Shown here: positions 1 to 56,344 of the stretch, piece by piece | How the letters are laid out: the number at the start of each line of letters is the position of its first letter | Numbering within the stretch: position 1 is the stretch's first letter | Assembly (NCBI GenBank): GCA_963693365.1 | Contig: CAVNZM010000014.1 | Coordinates: 992,001 to 1,056,000, forward strand | Direction: 5' to 3' | Length of the DNA stretch: 64,000 nucleotides | Origin: Amoebidium appalachense | Taxonomy: Eukaryota > Protista > Ichthyosporea | Notes under the pieces: generated by a model | Seen by the model: only the letters and a program-made list of their open reading frames with translations | Told to the model about the DNA's origin: nothing | Database searches by the model: none | Made by a program: the position numbers and the translations under genes

Positions 1-36
1 TGGCATCACTCCACACATGTACCGGTGGCCAACCCG

Positions 37-84
<48 letters not shown>

Positions 85-1363
85 TCCCCCGGCCGCCGCC
101 GCCTCCGAGAACCTCCTTTTGTTATTATCCTCTGTATTCAATACAGTAGGTAGATTTACAGGACGGCTCAGGGATCACGCTACCGGTTCTGGCATGATTG
201 AAAGGTGTACGGCCGCGGACCGGAGCACCCAATACACTGATGAGATGACAGCTCTATTGTACTGTATGGTCTCCTCAATTCGGGGTGCAGGCAAACGTTG
301 CGTCTCGGCCTGTACGGTATGCCCCGTGCATGGTCCTAAGTTGGCAAGTTCGCAGCAAGGCCTCCTATAACTTGAATCTAGGTGGCCTTGGCCTCAGGCA
401 GGTAAGCCAGGCTGGCTGGCTGCCAGCTGCAGCTGAGTCACTGATGTGTAGGCAGTGGTGTAGACAGCCTCGTGCTAAGCCCGGTACTTTGTAGCAACGA
501 TTTACGCCCAATCAAAGTGTGTTTATGACGAATGCATTTATGATTGGTTTAGAAGGCATCCGTTGCTCAATCTCCTAAGATCAAAGGCTGTGAGGCTCTC
601 TGTGGCGGATTACGAAAGTTTTGCAGAGTTAGCATAACTCGTTATGGGGATTCGCTTCTCTTGATTACCGTAACAGGTAAAGGATAAGGAAAAGTATTAG
701 AAGTCACGATTTAGACCCATGTACCACCTTAGTGCCGATGCTGGTGCTAGCTAAGTGCCGGTCCGAAGGGGTGAAGTAAGATTTATACTTGAAATGTTTT
801 TCGAAAGGCTCTGAAATTCCAAATTGTGAATTTGCGATACTGTAGTTTTTTGATAAATACAATGCAAAAGTAGCTGGAAAGCAAATAGCTAATAATAAAA
901 AAACTTTTACCATAATAAAAAGAAAGCATTTAACTACCGTATCTGAAAACAAATGGGCTGTGACGGTTTGTTTTTTGAACTTGTTTTCGATCAGTTTGAT
1001 CTGAGTTGGACCCCAAAGGCGAAATATATAGTGAACAGTTCTGACCTGCTTACCTATTGGCTGTCAACACAAACCTTCCAAATAAGGCAAGCAACCGCAG
1101 CAAACTGCGGCAGCCATAGCGGTCACCTATCCGCTGTGCGCACAAAAAACACGCGTGAGTTAGTTGCCCTTTTTTTGCGACCACACAGCGCGGCACACAC
1201 GCCGCTGTGAGCGAGGCACACATAACTGGGAAAAAAAACTGAGAAAAAACACATATGAAGAAAAGTTGACGAAGACCGAACTAAGTAATATTTTTATCTA
1301 GCGATGTGCAGTGCCAAAAACAGAGAAAACAAGGAATAGGAAACGGAAAAAGAGAGCTTCAGG

Positions 1364-44839
<43,476 letters not shown>

Positions 44840-45292
44840 GCCAGGGCTTGATTGCAAATGAGCTTTTGGCCGTGGCTTTTCGTCCATCTATTCAATTTTA
44901 ATTTGGTGATATATGTACGCATTTTTTTGTATGCACTGAGATGTTCGACATATATGGTACCTATGTTTGAACTTTGTCGATTACTTTTGGCCTTGGAAGA
45001 CTCTGACGTGTACGAAAACTAGTTAAACATTTTGTTGGGAAAAATTTTAAATCGGTTTTTATTGAATTCAATGATTATGGTATTCATATCATGGCCACAG
45101 AAATGTTTAGATTAGTCGCCATGGGTAGTACCATCAATATTAATTTTCTTATGTTTTTCAGATTAGAGCGTCAGATTGACTATCAAGCATATCAATTATT
45201 ATGATATAGATGTGATTTCGCCCGTTTTAATTCAAGAGTTGGTGGCTTCGGAAGGACCCCGAGTCACACAACGGCATATGTATTGCAACAAT

Positions 45293-45298
45293 AATAAA
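45293..45298 (+). terminator. Candidate AATAAA polyadenylation signal of the giant gene
   Basis: AATAAA lies about 450 nt after the TAG, at the end of an AT-rich, repeat-free 3'UTR-like stretch. Confidence 0.3.
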
Positions 45299-46138
45299 AT
45301 ACAAACCTTATTATCCCTATCACAGGTTAGCGTAGAATCATGAAATGTGTCTTATCCCCTCCCGCCCGCGCCCCCCGACCCCCTGGCTATGGGCACCATG
45401 CACACACACACACCTGCACATGCACATGCTCACCCACCCACACCAACACGTGTACATGCACACATACACACCTGCACATCCACCCCCCCAAAAAAAACAC
45501 ATCTACGTACACTGGTACCCATGGGCCACACACCCGGCCTATACACATGTGCACAGTGACCCACACATCCACAGCCACACACACACATCTACAACCTACA
45601 CCTACACCCAACACCCACCCACCCACCCACCCGGACCACACACACACACACCACAAAGTAGGAGCTCTGGGCCCATAGTCACATACACCCTTTGCCTTCC
45701 CACCCTTCAATAGCTTCAACACCCACACATGCTATTTCCCACAACCACCACCGGTCAAAGCATGTTCTTGGGCCTCCGGGGGTGGCGGCCATGCCAGATC
45801 ATGACGTCATTCTGTTCCTTGCCGCCATAGACCACCATTAATCAGCACATGATTTATTCATATCCACCGTCTCAGTCTAAATTTGGGGGGGCTCAAGCCA
45901 CCCCCTGAAATCAACCACAACACCCAAACCCACCCACAACGAAGTTACATCATTAGCTACAATGGCCCCCAGACAACACAGTTTGCAACAAGAACTCATG
46001 CATATGCATTCAAAAAAGCAATGTATTACGAACAAAAAAGTAGGAGTGTTATCAACTTGTTTTGTCTATGCTAAACCCATTTAAGCTAACACATTAACCC
46101 CCTTGCCCCGTGTGTGTACGAATATCGAATAGCCGGGG

Positions 46139-46345
46139 TCACAATATCGTACAGCCGCCGCTGGTCTTCTTGGCATACGGGTTGTCCTTGTCTTCGAACT
46201 TTCCCCACACAGACGGCACCAATGGGTCCTGTGGAGGAAACACAAATTCAGTTTAATATATATATATATAAATGGTTGAAAAATCAGTAAAAATGGCGGC
46301 ACATGCCGGATGAGGTAGGCAAAATCACAAAGATGGGATGCAAAC

Positions 46346-46411
<66 letters not shown>

Positions 46412-47084
46412 CGGGCGGTGGCGGCTAGGGGGGGGGGGGGGGGGGGGGGGGGGGGGAGGGGGGGGTAGGCAGGCAGGCAGGCAGGCAGCAAAATGTAACG
46501 GGAGTAATGTCAACCACACCACAAGCGAGAAAGATCGGCTACAACTCTTGTTCAGTTAAGCAACATAAAAGCAACCCCCTCCCCCCTCCCCCTCTCCCCC
46601 CCCCCCCCCCCTCTCCCTTCCCCCCCTCCCTCCCCCCCCCCCCCCCTCCCTCCCTTCCCCCCCCTCCCAACCCACACACACCATACGCCTACACACACGT
46701 AGATATGCATGTGCATTGAAACCTACCAAGACAATTTTGCTCAACAGTCTAATGTCAAATTATGGCCGATACATGATAGTTCTACCTACTCAAAAAACCA
46801 AAGATGCAGTCAGAGTGCGTTACTCAGTATGAAGTACAGACTCCGAACAGGCAACGGTGCATATACACATATAAGATACACAAGCATTATGCTTCACTTA
46901 AACATGGGTGGGTCTCGCGTCTTGATCAGAGACGAACAAGGTTACTTTTGCAAGCACGCGCCATATTAATAAGTGGGATAGGCCAGGGGTTGAGGTGGCA
47001 GCAGCAAGCTGGAAAAAAACAACGCAGTAACTCAGGAGGTGGGGCTTCTTTGGTGATTCGTGTGTTTGTGTGTGTTTGTGTGGG

Positions 47085-47124
<40 letters not shown>

Positions 47125-47369
47125 GGTCACATTCGTGACGGACAACACAATACAGACTGCAAAGCACACACACACACACAGCATCATAAGCAGGGTCCAT
47201 TCTCAGAGGAGGGTTCCGAGTCCTTCGGAAGGGGGAGAGAGAGTGTGAGAGAGAGAGGGAGGGAGGGAGGGAGGGAGGGAGGGAGGGAGGGAGGGAGGGA
47301 GGGAGGGAGGGAGGGAGGGAGGGAGGGAGGGAGGGAGGGAGGGAGGGAGGGAGGGAGGGAGAGAGAGAG

Positions 47370-47403
<34 letters not shown>

Positions 47404-47769
47404 AAGGGGGGGAATACCTTTGTCTCGCTGCAGAACTTCTTCAGCTTATCGCTTGCCTCGGAAACCTTAATGCGCGGCAGATCAAGCTCCTGTGGATGGG
47501 AATGGGAAAAAAAGTCAGGGCATGTACAATATGTGAGCGAAAGAAATGTGTGTAATAGCACGAGCTGATGCGCATAAAGCTATCATTGTTAAAGGGCTAA
47601 CATATATACCAACATGGAGGGTAGGAAACACACAGAGCATGCTGCGGAATTGGATGTGGAGAGTACTGCATGTGCTTCTGTTCAGACTGGGTGTATGCAT
47701 GTGTGTGCACATGGGCATGCTTGTACGTGCATCTGCACTGAATGCAAACACGTGCACGAGTCTGTACAA

Positions 47770-47832
<63 letters not shown>

Positions 47833-48081
47833 TGTGTGTTTGTGTGTGTGTGGGCGTGTGCGCGCGCTTATGTGTATGTGGGTGTGTGCATATGTGTGTG
47901 TGTGCATGTGTGTGTGTGCGAATGTTTCCTCAATGGTTGCACGTAACTAAGTACCCGTTATTATTGTGTGTGTGTGAGCGCACGCCTGATACACACCACG
48001 TGTCAATTGAATATGCGCTATCAAACATTGGGGGATGGGGGTGCACATGTGCCTGTACGCAAAATGAATGTGTGTGAATGT

Positions 48082-48170
<89 letters not shown>

Positions 48171-48186
48171 CCTGTGTGTTTGTGTA

Positions 48187-48224
<38 letters not shown>

Positions 48225-48986
48225 CGCCCGCGCGTGCGTGCAAGCATGTGCAGACAAGCATGCATGCCACTCTCGCGTGTTGAGTGCAGTTGTAAATGCT
48301 TTTGAGCTAGAAGGTGTAGAGGCAGACCAAAATACAAACCCTTAGAGCACACAGAAATATTGATAGTTTAAAATCTAGCCAATGCTACCGGGCGCACATA
48401 CACAATCACACACTGAAAAAACAGGCAGGCCACTTAATCATTGTATGCCGAGCAGAACCTTTTTAAACCATACAAGCACACAGACATCACAAATACACAC
48501 TTGCGTGCATCATACAATACTAAATAAAAAAGAGGTGCGAAATGAAGGAGGGGGAGGAAGGAAAGGGTCAGAACATGTGAAAGTTACAGGAACACATACA
48601 CGACAGGTAATACCAATGCAGACTTTTCAAAAAAAAAAAAAACACAAAAGCCTATACATCATAAGTAGAGCTCATTGCCGAGGGGGGTAAATCATCCCCT
48701 GAACACAAGTTTCGGCCCATTACGTCACATGACTAACCCATCTCAAGTACGCCGAGAGGGTCAGAACGTGTTTGGGGGAGAGGCGGGGAGGTGGGTGTGT
48801 GGGGGGGGGGGGGGGGGGGGGGGGGAGAGGGGAGAGGGTTAGAGCGCCTCAGGGCAAAAGGGATGGGGGATTAGGGCGCGTTGCGGCAAAGGGGAGGAGG
48901 AGTAGGAGGAGTAGGGGAGGGGGGGGTTTTACCTGTTGGAGGCGCTCATTGGCGGCAACCAAACGCTGGACTCGGGCATCAGTCAT
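46139..48986 (-). CDS. Heterotrimeric G-protein gamma subunit (71 aa, 3 exons, CaaX prenylation motif)
   Basis: Exons 48933-48986, 47418-47489 and 46139-46228, all phase 0 and GT-AG, give [18 protein letters not shown]|[24 protein letters not shown]|[30 protein letters not shown]-gamma motifs RIKVSEA, DPL, NPY and terminal CTIL are present. The ATG sits in a GCCACCATG context. Confidence 0.95.
46891..47050 (-). mobile_element. Interspersed non-coding repeat, copy C (inverted, in G-gamma intron 2)
   Basis: ttcacttaaacatgggtgggtctcgcgtcttgatcagagacgaacaaggttacttttgca..aactcaggaggtggggcttct is the diverged reverse complement of copy B. Confidence 0.7.
47276..47400. repeat. (GGGA)n + (GA)n + (GT)n compound microsatellite
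   Basis: Visible directly, in G-gamma intron 2. Confidence 0.9.
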
Positions 48987-49244
48987 GGTGGCGGTAACAC
49001 AACAAACTGGGCATAGGCGTCGTTAGTGCTCACTTCACTGGGTACTTTGCTTACGTGCAACAGAATGAAATATAGGCATTCCTCTTTTGTTCCACCTTAA
49101 AATGGCATACTTGGTGCAATGTATAGTATGGCGGGAAACATGGTCAGCTGGGGACGTGCACACAATGCAAACCGCACAGTTTCTACGACATTACACCAAT
49201 ATGTGTGTGTGTGTTCCGTGTGTGCGTGTGCGTGTGCGTGGATG

Positions 49245-49319
<75 letters not shown>

Positions 49320-49397
49320 TGGTGCAGATCTGTGAGCAATGCCTGAGCATGTTTGCATGGACATCACAGCTTGTGCACCATCTTGTGTGCTTTGTGG

Positions 49398-49465
<68 letters not shown>

Positions 49466-49730
49466 TGCATGTGTGTGTGTTGCCTGTGTGTGTGTGTGTG
49501 TGCTTGTGCCCAGGAGTGTGTATCTATGTATGTGCTTTGTGGTTGCTCACTTGCATGTCTACCGTTGCAGCTTGTGTGTTAGTGGCCTCTATGTGCGCGC
49601 ACGTGTGTGAAAATGTGTTGTGCTCGATCACATGCTTGGTGTTGTGCATATGCAGACCCACATGTGTGTGGTGTAAGTGGGAGCAGGCGTGATTGTGCGT
49701 ACACCCTGAATTGCGTGCAAGTGCATACCG

Positions 49731-49852
<122 letters not shown>

Positions 49853-51413
49853 ACGAGCGTGCACATGACGTCCATTTGCGTACGTGTAAGGTTGTGCGCG
49901 AACAGGCACGTATGTGTGTATGCTTCTGTGCGCTCTAAGTCGTGTGCTGTGTGCTTGTGTGTGTTAACAGTTGTGTGTGCATGCTGGTGTGGTAGTGTGA
50001 GTCATGCGTGGTATTGATGTGTTCACGGCTATTGTGCTATGAAAATACGTCAAAGACGTATATGCCAGTTCCATGAAGCATGGACCAACGTTGTTGTAGA
50101 AAAGTGGAGGACAATAAGCCTTAACCTCGGAACGTCTAGCAAAGCAGGCACAACCATGGATGTAGAAAGATGAAAAAGTTGCTGAAAGTAAGATAATCAG
50201 AAAATATCACAACTATCTAGCAGGAGCAAAGGCAGGGTAGTATAAAACCTTAAAATGCATCCTTTCAAGCAGGATGCTAGGAACACAACATCAAGAGTAT
50301 CCATAAACGTTGTATATGAGTTCCAAACAAAGCATGTTTTAACCATAGGGCTACTTTGAAGCCTTTGTAAGCTAGAAGAACAGCTACCCTACACTGCGGA
50401 GAGAGAAGAAAAGAGGGGCAGACCGACACTCTGCCAGAGCCTTTCAAAGGAATGTGCCACACATAACCCCTCACATGCTCAGTGAACCAGTGCCGATGGG
50501 GAAAGAAATTAAACGGCTTAAACCTACAGATGAAGCAACCACGTTTTTTTTTTACCTTATAGCAAAGGAGCTAGCAGTTCCGGGAAAAAAAAGATTAAGA
50601 AAAAATTAAGAGTAAGAACTGTTACACAAACACAGAAGGCCATCTTAAATCACAAGAGGATTATGAGGGCAACAAAAGAATACGAACAGGTAAACAAGCT
50701 GTCAAAAAAAAATTACAAGAAAAGACACCTGCACAGTCAAGACTCTATCCCAATAATCAGCTCAGCCGCTATTACAGTAGCGCCCAAAAAAAAAATGTAT
50801 ACCGAACACACAACTCACAAAAACACTCACCTTACAAAGACGAAGGGTTAGGCAGACCGGAGCCTTAAACACCTTAATAACGCCCACAAAGAGGTATTTA
50901 GCTACACTTATAAGCGCACACACAGACTCTATCAGCGATTGGTCTGCACCTCCTCGATTATTCTCATGTTTTTTTTTCTCAGAGACAACCGAGCACCTCT
51001 TCTTTGCAAGTGTGCCGAACCAGGAATATTTCGCTGCTACAAAAAGATATTGGCCGGAATTTGCACCCTGTGCACAAATTGCATCACAAAGAACCCCCCA
51101 AAAGACAGTTCCGAATCAAAGCAAATTTATTCAAAGACCCCATAAATGAAAGACATAACACCTTCTATATTCGGATCTTCTTGCCTGCTTAATATGGTTG
51201 TTGTTTCCACGCTCTGGTTGGCTTACTTTATGTTGGCCCATGCTGAAATATTTTCGCTATTTTACCCCAAGATCCTTGGTCACCAGTACGAGCTCTTACA
51301 TTTTTTGAAGGCCACAGTATCACCAACAGAAAACAAAAAAATGAACAAAACAGGGACAGCCATAACCAAATAATCTTACTTTACATGTGTTTACGTTCTA
51401 ACAAATACGCACC

Positions 51414-51720
51414 ATGGCCTTCAGCCATAGAGGCCTTGATGGGCACACGTCATACGGCTCCGGATCGGTGCCTTTCATACGGTACAGCCACTGCAGTTGT
51501 GGGGCGGGGTGCACGTGTGTGTTTGGAGCAGGGGGGGAAAGGGGGGAGGAGGGGGAGGGAGGGTCTAGGTGACAGTCTGTAATGTATATGCGGAAAGGTG
51601 AAGTCTCCTCATGTCTGGCCACACGAGAATCGTCTCAACCACGCGTTTGCCTCGCATCGATCCTGTACGCTTCACGACGACGTCGTGTGTGTGTGTGTCT
51701 GTGTGTATATCTATGTGTGT

Positions 51721-51758
<38 letters not shown>

Positions 51759-52052
51759 GTGCGTGTGTGCGTGTGTGCACGTGTCTGTGTACATGTGTCA
51801 GTGATTGTGTGTGTGGCCATGGTGTGTGCACGTGCACTTGTATTGCGTGTGTGCGCCCGCTTGTTAGGTGTGCCACAGGGTGCCATTGGGTGGGAGCTTT
51901 TAATGGTGACAGGGTATCATTGGTGTGTGTTTAAATTTTATTTTAGTGTTGTCCCCGTTTTCTCTCTTTTCTTTTTCCTTTCTTCTTCTTCTTTTTTCTT
52001 TTTTTTCTTTTTCTTTTTTTTTTTTTTTTTTTTTTTTTTGGTGGTGGTGGTG

Positions 52053-52101
<49 letters not shown>

Positions 52102-52491
52102 ACATAGGAGGGGCAGCTTTGGAACCCCTCCTGCAGTCGCAGCTCAGGTCAGGACTGAGGAGTATCTAACCGTTTATCAGGACGAGGATCGTCCCAACCC
52201 CACCTACGTGTGTGTGTATGTGTGTGTGTGTGTGTGTGTACATCAGCGTGACTGTGCGTGCGTGGCACGTACTGTGTACGTGTGCGCGTGAGCAAGCGTG
52301 CCCACGTTCGTGTGTGATAACTGTGTGTGCACGTGTGTTTTTTCTTTGCATGCATTTTTTGGGGCTTGTGTCTGCGGGAAGAGAGGGGTGGGTGGGGGGG
52401 GGTCTCTTTTCGTAACTAAACCCGTGTTACTCAATTTATTCAGACAACCACATGCACATACATGTACTACACCACCGGCCACCTTGCATGA
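51414..52491 (+). CDS. Possible small 3-exon orphan gene (~71 aa)
   Basis: Starts at ACCATGG. Phase-compatible GT-AG exons 51414-51481, 52108-52207 and 52444-52491 give MAFSHRGLDGHTSYGSGSVPFIR|RGSFGTPPAVAAQVRTEEYLTVYQDEDRPNPTY|TTTCTYMYYTTGHLA*. No recognisable domain. Confidence 0.3.
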
Positions 52492-52784
52492 CCTATTCCA
52501 CGCACTGTGGTTGGGAGATAAACAATAAGTAGGCTAAAAGCTTTGGGTGTTCCAAGCTCAAGAATATGAAAAGGCATGCCCACTACAAACAGCTAAACAA
52601 ACAGAACTTGATTAACAATTAAAAAAAGCCAAGTTAACACAGGAGCCAAAAGGCAGATGTGTAAACGTTTGAGATATATATGACTACCCCGAGAGTTCAT
52701 GGTCTAATGAACCTATACATCCAGACCAAATCGTGTGTATATGCAGCTCCATGAATATCAACTCGCACGCACACACAAGCGCGC

Positions 52785-53050
52785 ACCCAGCTATCCTACA
52801 CACACATACACACACGGACCAAACCACACACGAAACCCTTCTATCCACACACAAGAGCGACACCAAGCCACGCAATATCTTATATAGAACATATAGCCAC
52901 ACCAAACCCAGCTATCCTACACACACACACACACACGGACCAAACCACACACGAAACCCTTCTATCCACACACACGAGCGACACCAAGCCACGCAATATC
53001 TTATATAGAACATATAGCCACACCAAACCCCACAAAACCCTTCTATCCAC
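52785..53050. repeat. 121-bp tandem duplication (2 copies plus a fragment) just downstream of the GRB2 stop
   Basis: The unit acccagctatcctacac..ggaccaaaccacacacgaaacccttctatccacacac..gcaatatcttatatagaacatatagccacaccaa starts at 52785 and 52906, with few mismatches. Confidence 0.9.
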
Positions 53051-53147
53051 AGCGCACAAATTTTCACCAAACCACACAATACCTTATCAAACACATATCC
53101 ACAACGCACAACCAAGCAAAAACCCAGTAAAAACATCCCTTTAAAAC

Positions 53148-53829
53148 TTAATCCTCGCGGCAGTAAACCTTCGGGAACAATCCCTCATGACCACGGCAGC
53201 GTCCAAACCACCACTGGTCCTCCGGCTTGTATAGAACCTCAATCCGGTCGTTCCGCTTAAACTCAAGCTCCCCGGGCTCCTGGGGCGTGAAATCGTACAA
53301 GGCAATCATGGTCTGTAGGGGGTGAAGAAAATAGGTCAGAGTTCGGGGGACCTTCTGAGGTGATTACATCAGCTACAGGAATGTATTTGGTTTTGTGTGT
53401 TGTGTGACTGTGCTTTGGGAATGTTTTTGGGACGGAAAAGGGCGGTGTGCGGGTAGAGGGTTTCATGTGTGTTGCAACCCTGCGAGCTAACAGCCAAACA
53501 GTGTCACCTGGCAGGTCATGGTGCGATATGCAGCAACATTGGCAAGGGAGTAAATAGCGGGGCGTGTGCGCGTGTGAAATGTATGAGCAAGAACAGAAAG
53601 AGGGGGGGGGGGGGGGGGGGGGGAGGGGGGGGGGGGGGGGAGGGGTGGAGGTGGGGTGGGTGGGTCGGTGGGGATGGGGGGGGGTATGCCTTGAGTTTCC
53701 CAAGTTAAATTTTTTTTTTTTAAAGGATGATACAAAAAAAAAAAACGAACGAGATGCTAAACCCAGTATACCGAAACCACCACCACCACCCACACACACA
53801 CCCATACCCCACCCACACCCACACCCACC

Positions 53830-53870
<41 letters not shown>

Positions 53871-53879
53871 CACACATAC

Positions 53880-53914
<35 letters not shown>

Positions 53915-54498
53915 CCCAAAAACACACACACACACACACAACTCACCGCCACCGGTTGCTTCACCGGAGCCACGCCCATGTTCTTATTCCCCACCGCCAC
54001 ATTCGCCGCCGGCTGCTGCTGCTGTGCCGCCACCCCCTGCCCACCCCCCCACCCCCCCACCTACAGCCGCACCCCCGGCCGCCGGCCTGCCCCCAGCATT
54101 CCCCCCAACCACAGCCGCCGTAGCTTGCACCTGTGCGGGCTGTGCTTGCTGGGGAGGAAGTTGGCCCCTTTTAGGGAGAGCATCGCCGAGTGTGAGTGCG
54201 GGGCCGTCCTTAGCAACGGAAACGTGCTGGTAGTGGGCACAGAGGCTGTTGATCGAGTCGAATGCATCGTCCCAGATGTGGTAGCGCCCCGCACTGTTGC
54301 GCATGATCTTGTAGTGCTGGATGGCCTGGCCCTGACGAACAGACAGGCTGAACCCCCCTGATTAAAGAGAGAGAGAGATAAGGTGTTGGTTTATGGCTCA
54401 TGTCCTGCCCTCTATTTGTTGCAGCACCCACTAATGCCCCCTGCCTCCCTTCCCAACCACATCTCACCACATTATCACACACGCACAAACGCACGCGC

Positions 54499-54596
<98 letters not shown>

Positions 54597-54728
54597 TGTT
54601 GTACACCCGCACACACTTCCCATGCAAAACAAGCACACTCGGTAGGCAAAAATCACGACCTACCCCCCCTCCCCCCCTTTCCCCTTTTTCACCTCCCTTG
54701 CCGTTGCTCTGCCCGTAGTCTCTCCCTC

Positions 54729-54765
<37 letters not shown>

Positions 54766-55225
54766 TCCCCCCCTCCCTCTCCCCCCCCCCCCCCCCGAAA
54801 AAAAAAAATGGAACCATTTCCCACCAGTCATTGTATAATCCATACACAAACCCAGAAACAAGGACATATACCAGCAGGCCACACAGTCTAATGCAGAAAT
54901 ACACATAGCTGCCAGGCAGAAGCAGGCATCACACCTCCATAGAATATGTATAAAAGTCCCCATCTTCCCCCCCCCTCCCCCCCCCCCCCTTCCCCCCCCC
55001 CCCCCCTCCTCCCGGGCCTGTCAAAAGAGCCAAAAGAGAGAGAGAGGACTGAACAACAATGACCCGCAAGAACATATGCACAGGAACACAGATTGTGGGC
55101 ACAGGCACGTGCACACATACACAGAAGCACATACTCACAGAGGCATTGCGGGGGAGAGACAGAGAGACAGACACAGCAACCCGCGTGCACGTACACACAC
55201 ACAAACACACACAAACACACACACA

Positions 55226-55266
<41 letters not shown>

Positions 55267-55590
55267 ACACGCTCAACCCCCCGCCCCAAAACACACACAC
55301 ATGCACGCACAATGCACGCACATGCACCCACCTACACGCACATACACACACACACACACACTTACCCACCCACCACACCCACCCACCCACACCCACACTC
55401 TCATCCCCAAACCCTTCTCTCCCCCCCCCCCCCCACCACCCACCCCACCACACAGCCACCCTCACCCACACCCACCTACCCACACCTACACCCACACTCG
55501 CCCGCCCACCCATCCACACACACATCCAACCACACCCATCCTCTCACCTCCCACCACCCACGCACCCATGCACCCACCCATCCCCCCCGC

Positions 55591-55648
<58 letters not shown>

Positions 55649-56313
55649 ACACACCCCTACCCACACTCACCTGGCTGGGACTCGCTCTCACGCACGAGGT
55701 ATGTGCCGTGCCTGCCACGTGACTTCAACTCGTCCTCTGCCTTTTGCCGCGAGATCTTCCCGTGGAACCATCTGGAAAGAGAAAAAAACACACAGTCAAC
55801 AAGCACATTCCATTTTTTATTTTGTATGTTCTCATAATATCAGTGTTGTTGTTGTGGCTTCAAACAAGCAGGGAATGACATTGTGAGGGAAGAACAAATA
55901 TGCTTGGTTAAAGGTGCCACAGCAATGTTGACTCAATCGCCACGTACACCCACCTCCCCAGCAAACTCATACAAACACACTCACACACATGTGCGTGCAC
56001 AATCACCCACGCGTGTGCGCGCACACAAGCACACGAACACATACATACACACGTGTGCGTGCCTGCCACATCCCCGCCCCCCCCACACACAGACACACAC
56101 GGGGAGGGGGGGAGGAGGGAGTCGGTGATGAGTAAAGAGTTTGGGAACGTTCACTGAAGGTGGTGTTGTGCATTCAAACGTGTGTGTGTGTAGTTGATAC
56201 AAAGATCTGAGAAGAGGGTGATAGAGGGCTCATGTTGCTCACTGTAAAGGTCCGTGTGTGTCAAAGAGCGCACGATCACTTCTCACACATGCCCTGCCCC
56301 CCCCCCTCCCCCC

Positions 56314-56344
<31 letters not shown>

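Noticed and set aside
100-520. Complex non-repetitive sequence possibly coding or derived from a retroelement
   Set aside because: I recognised no motif and found no convincing splice chain in the frames I read.
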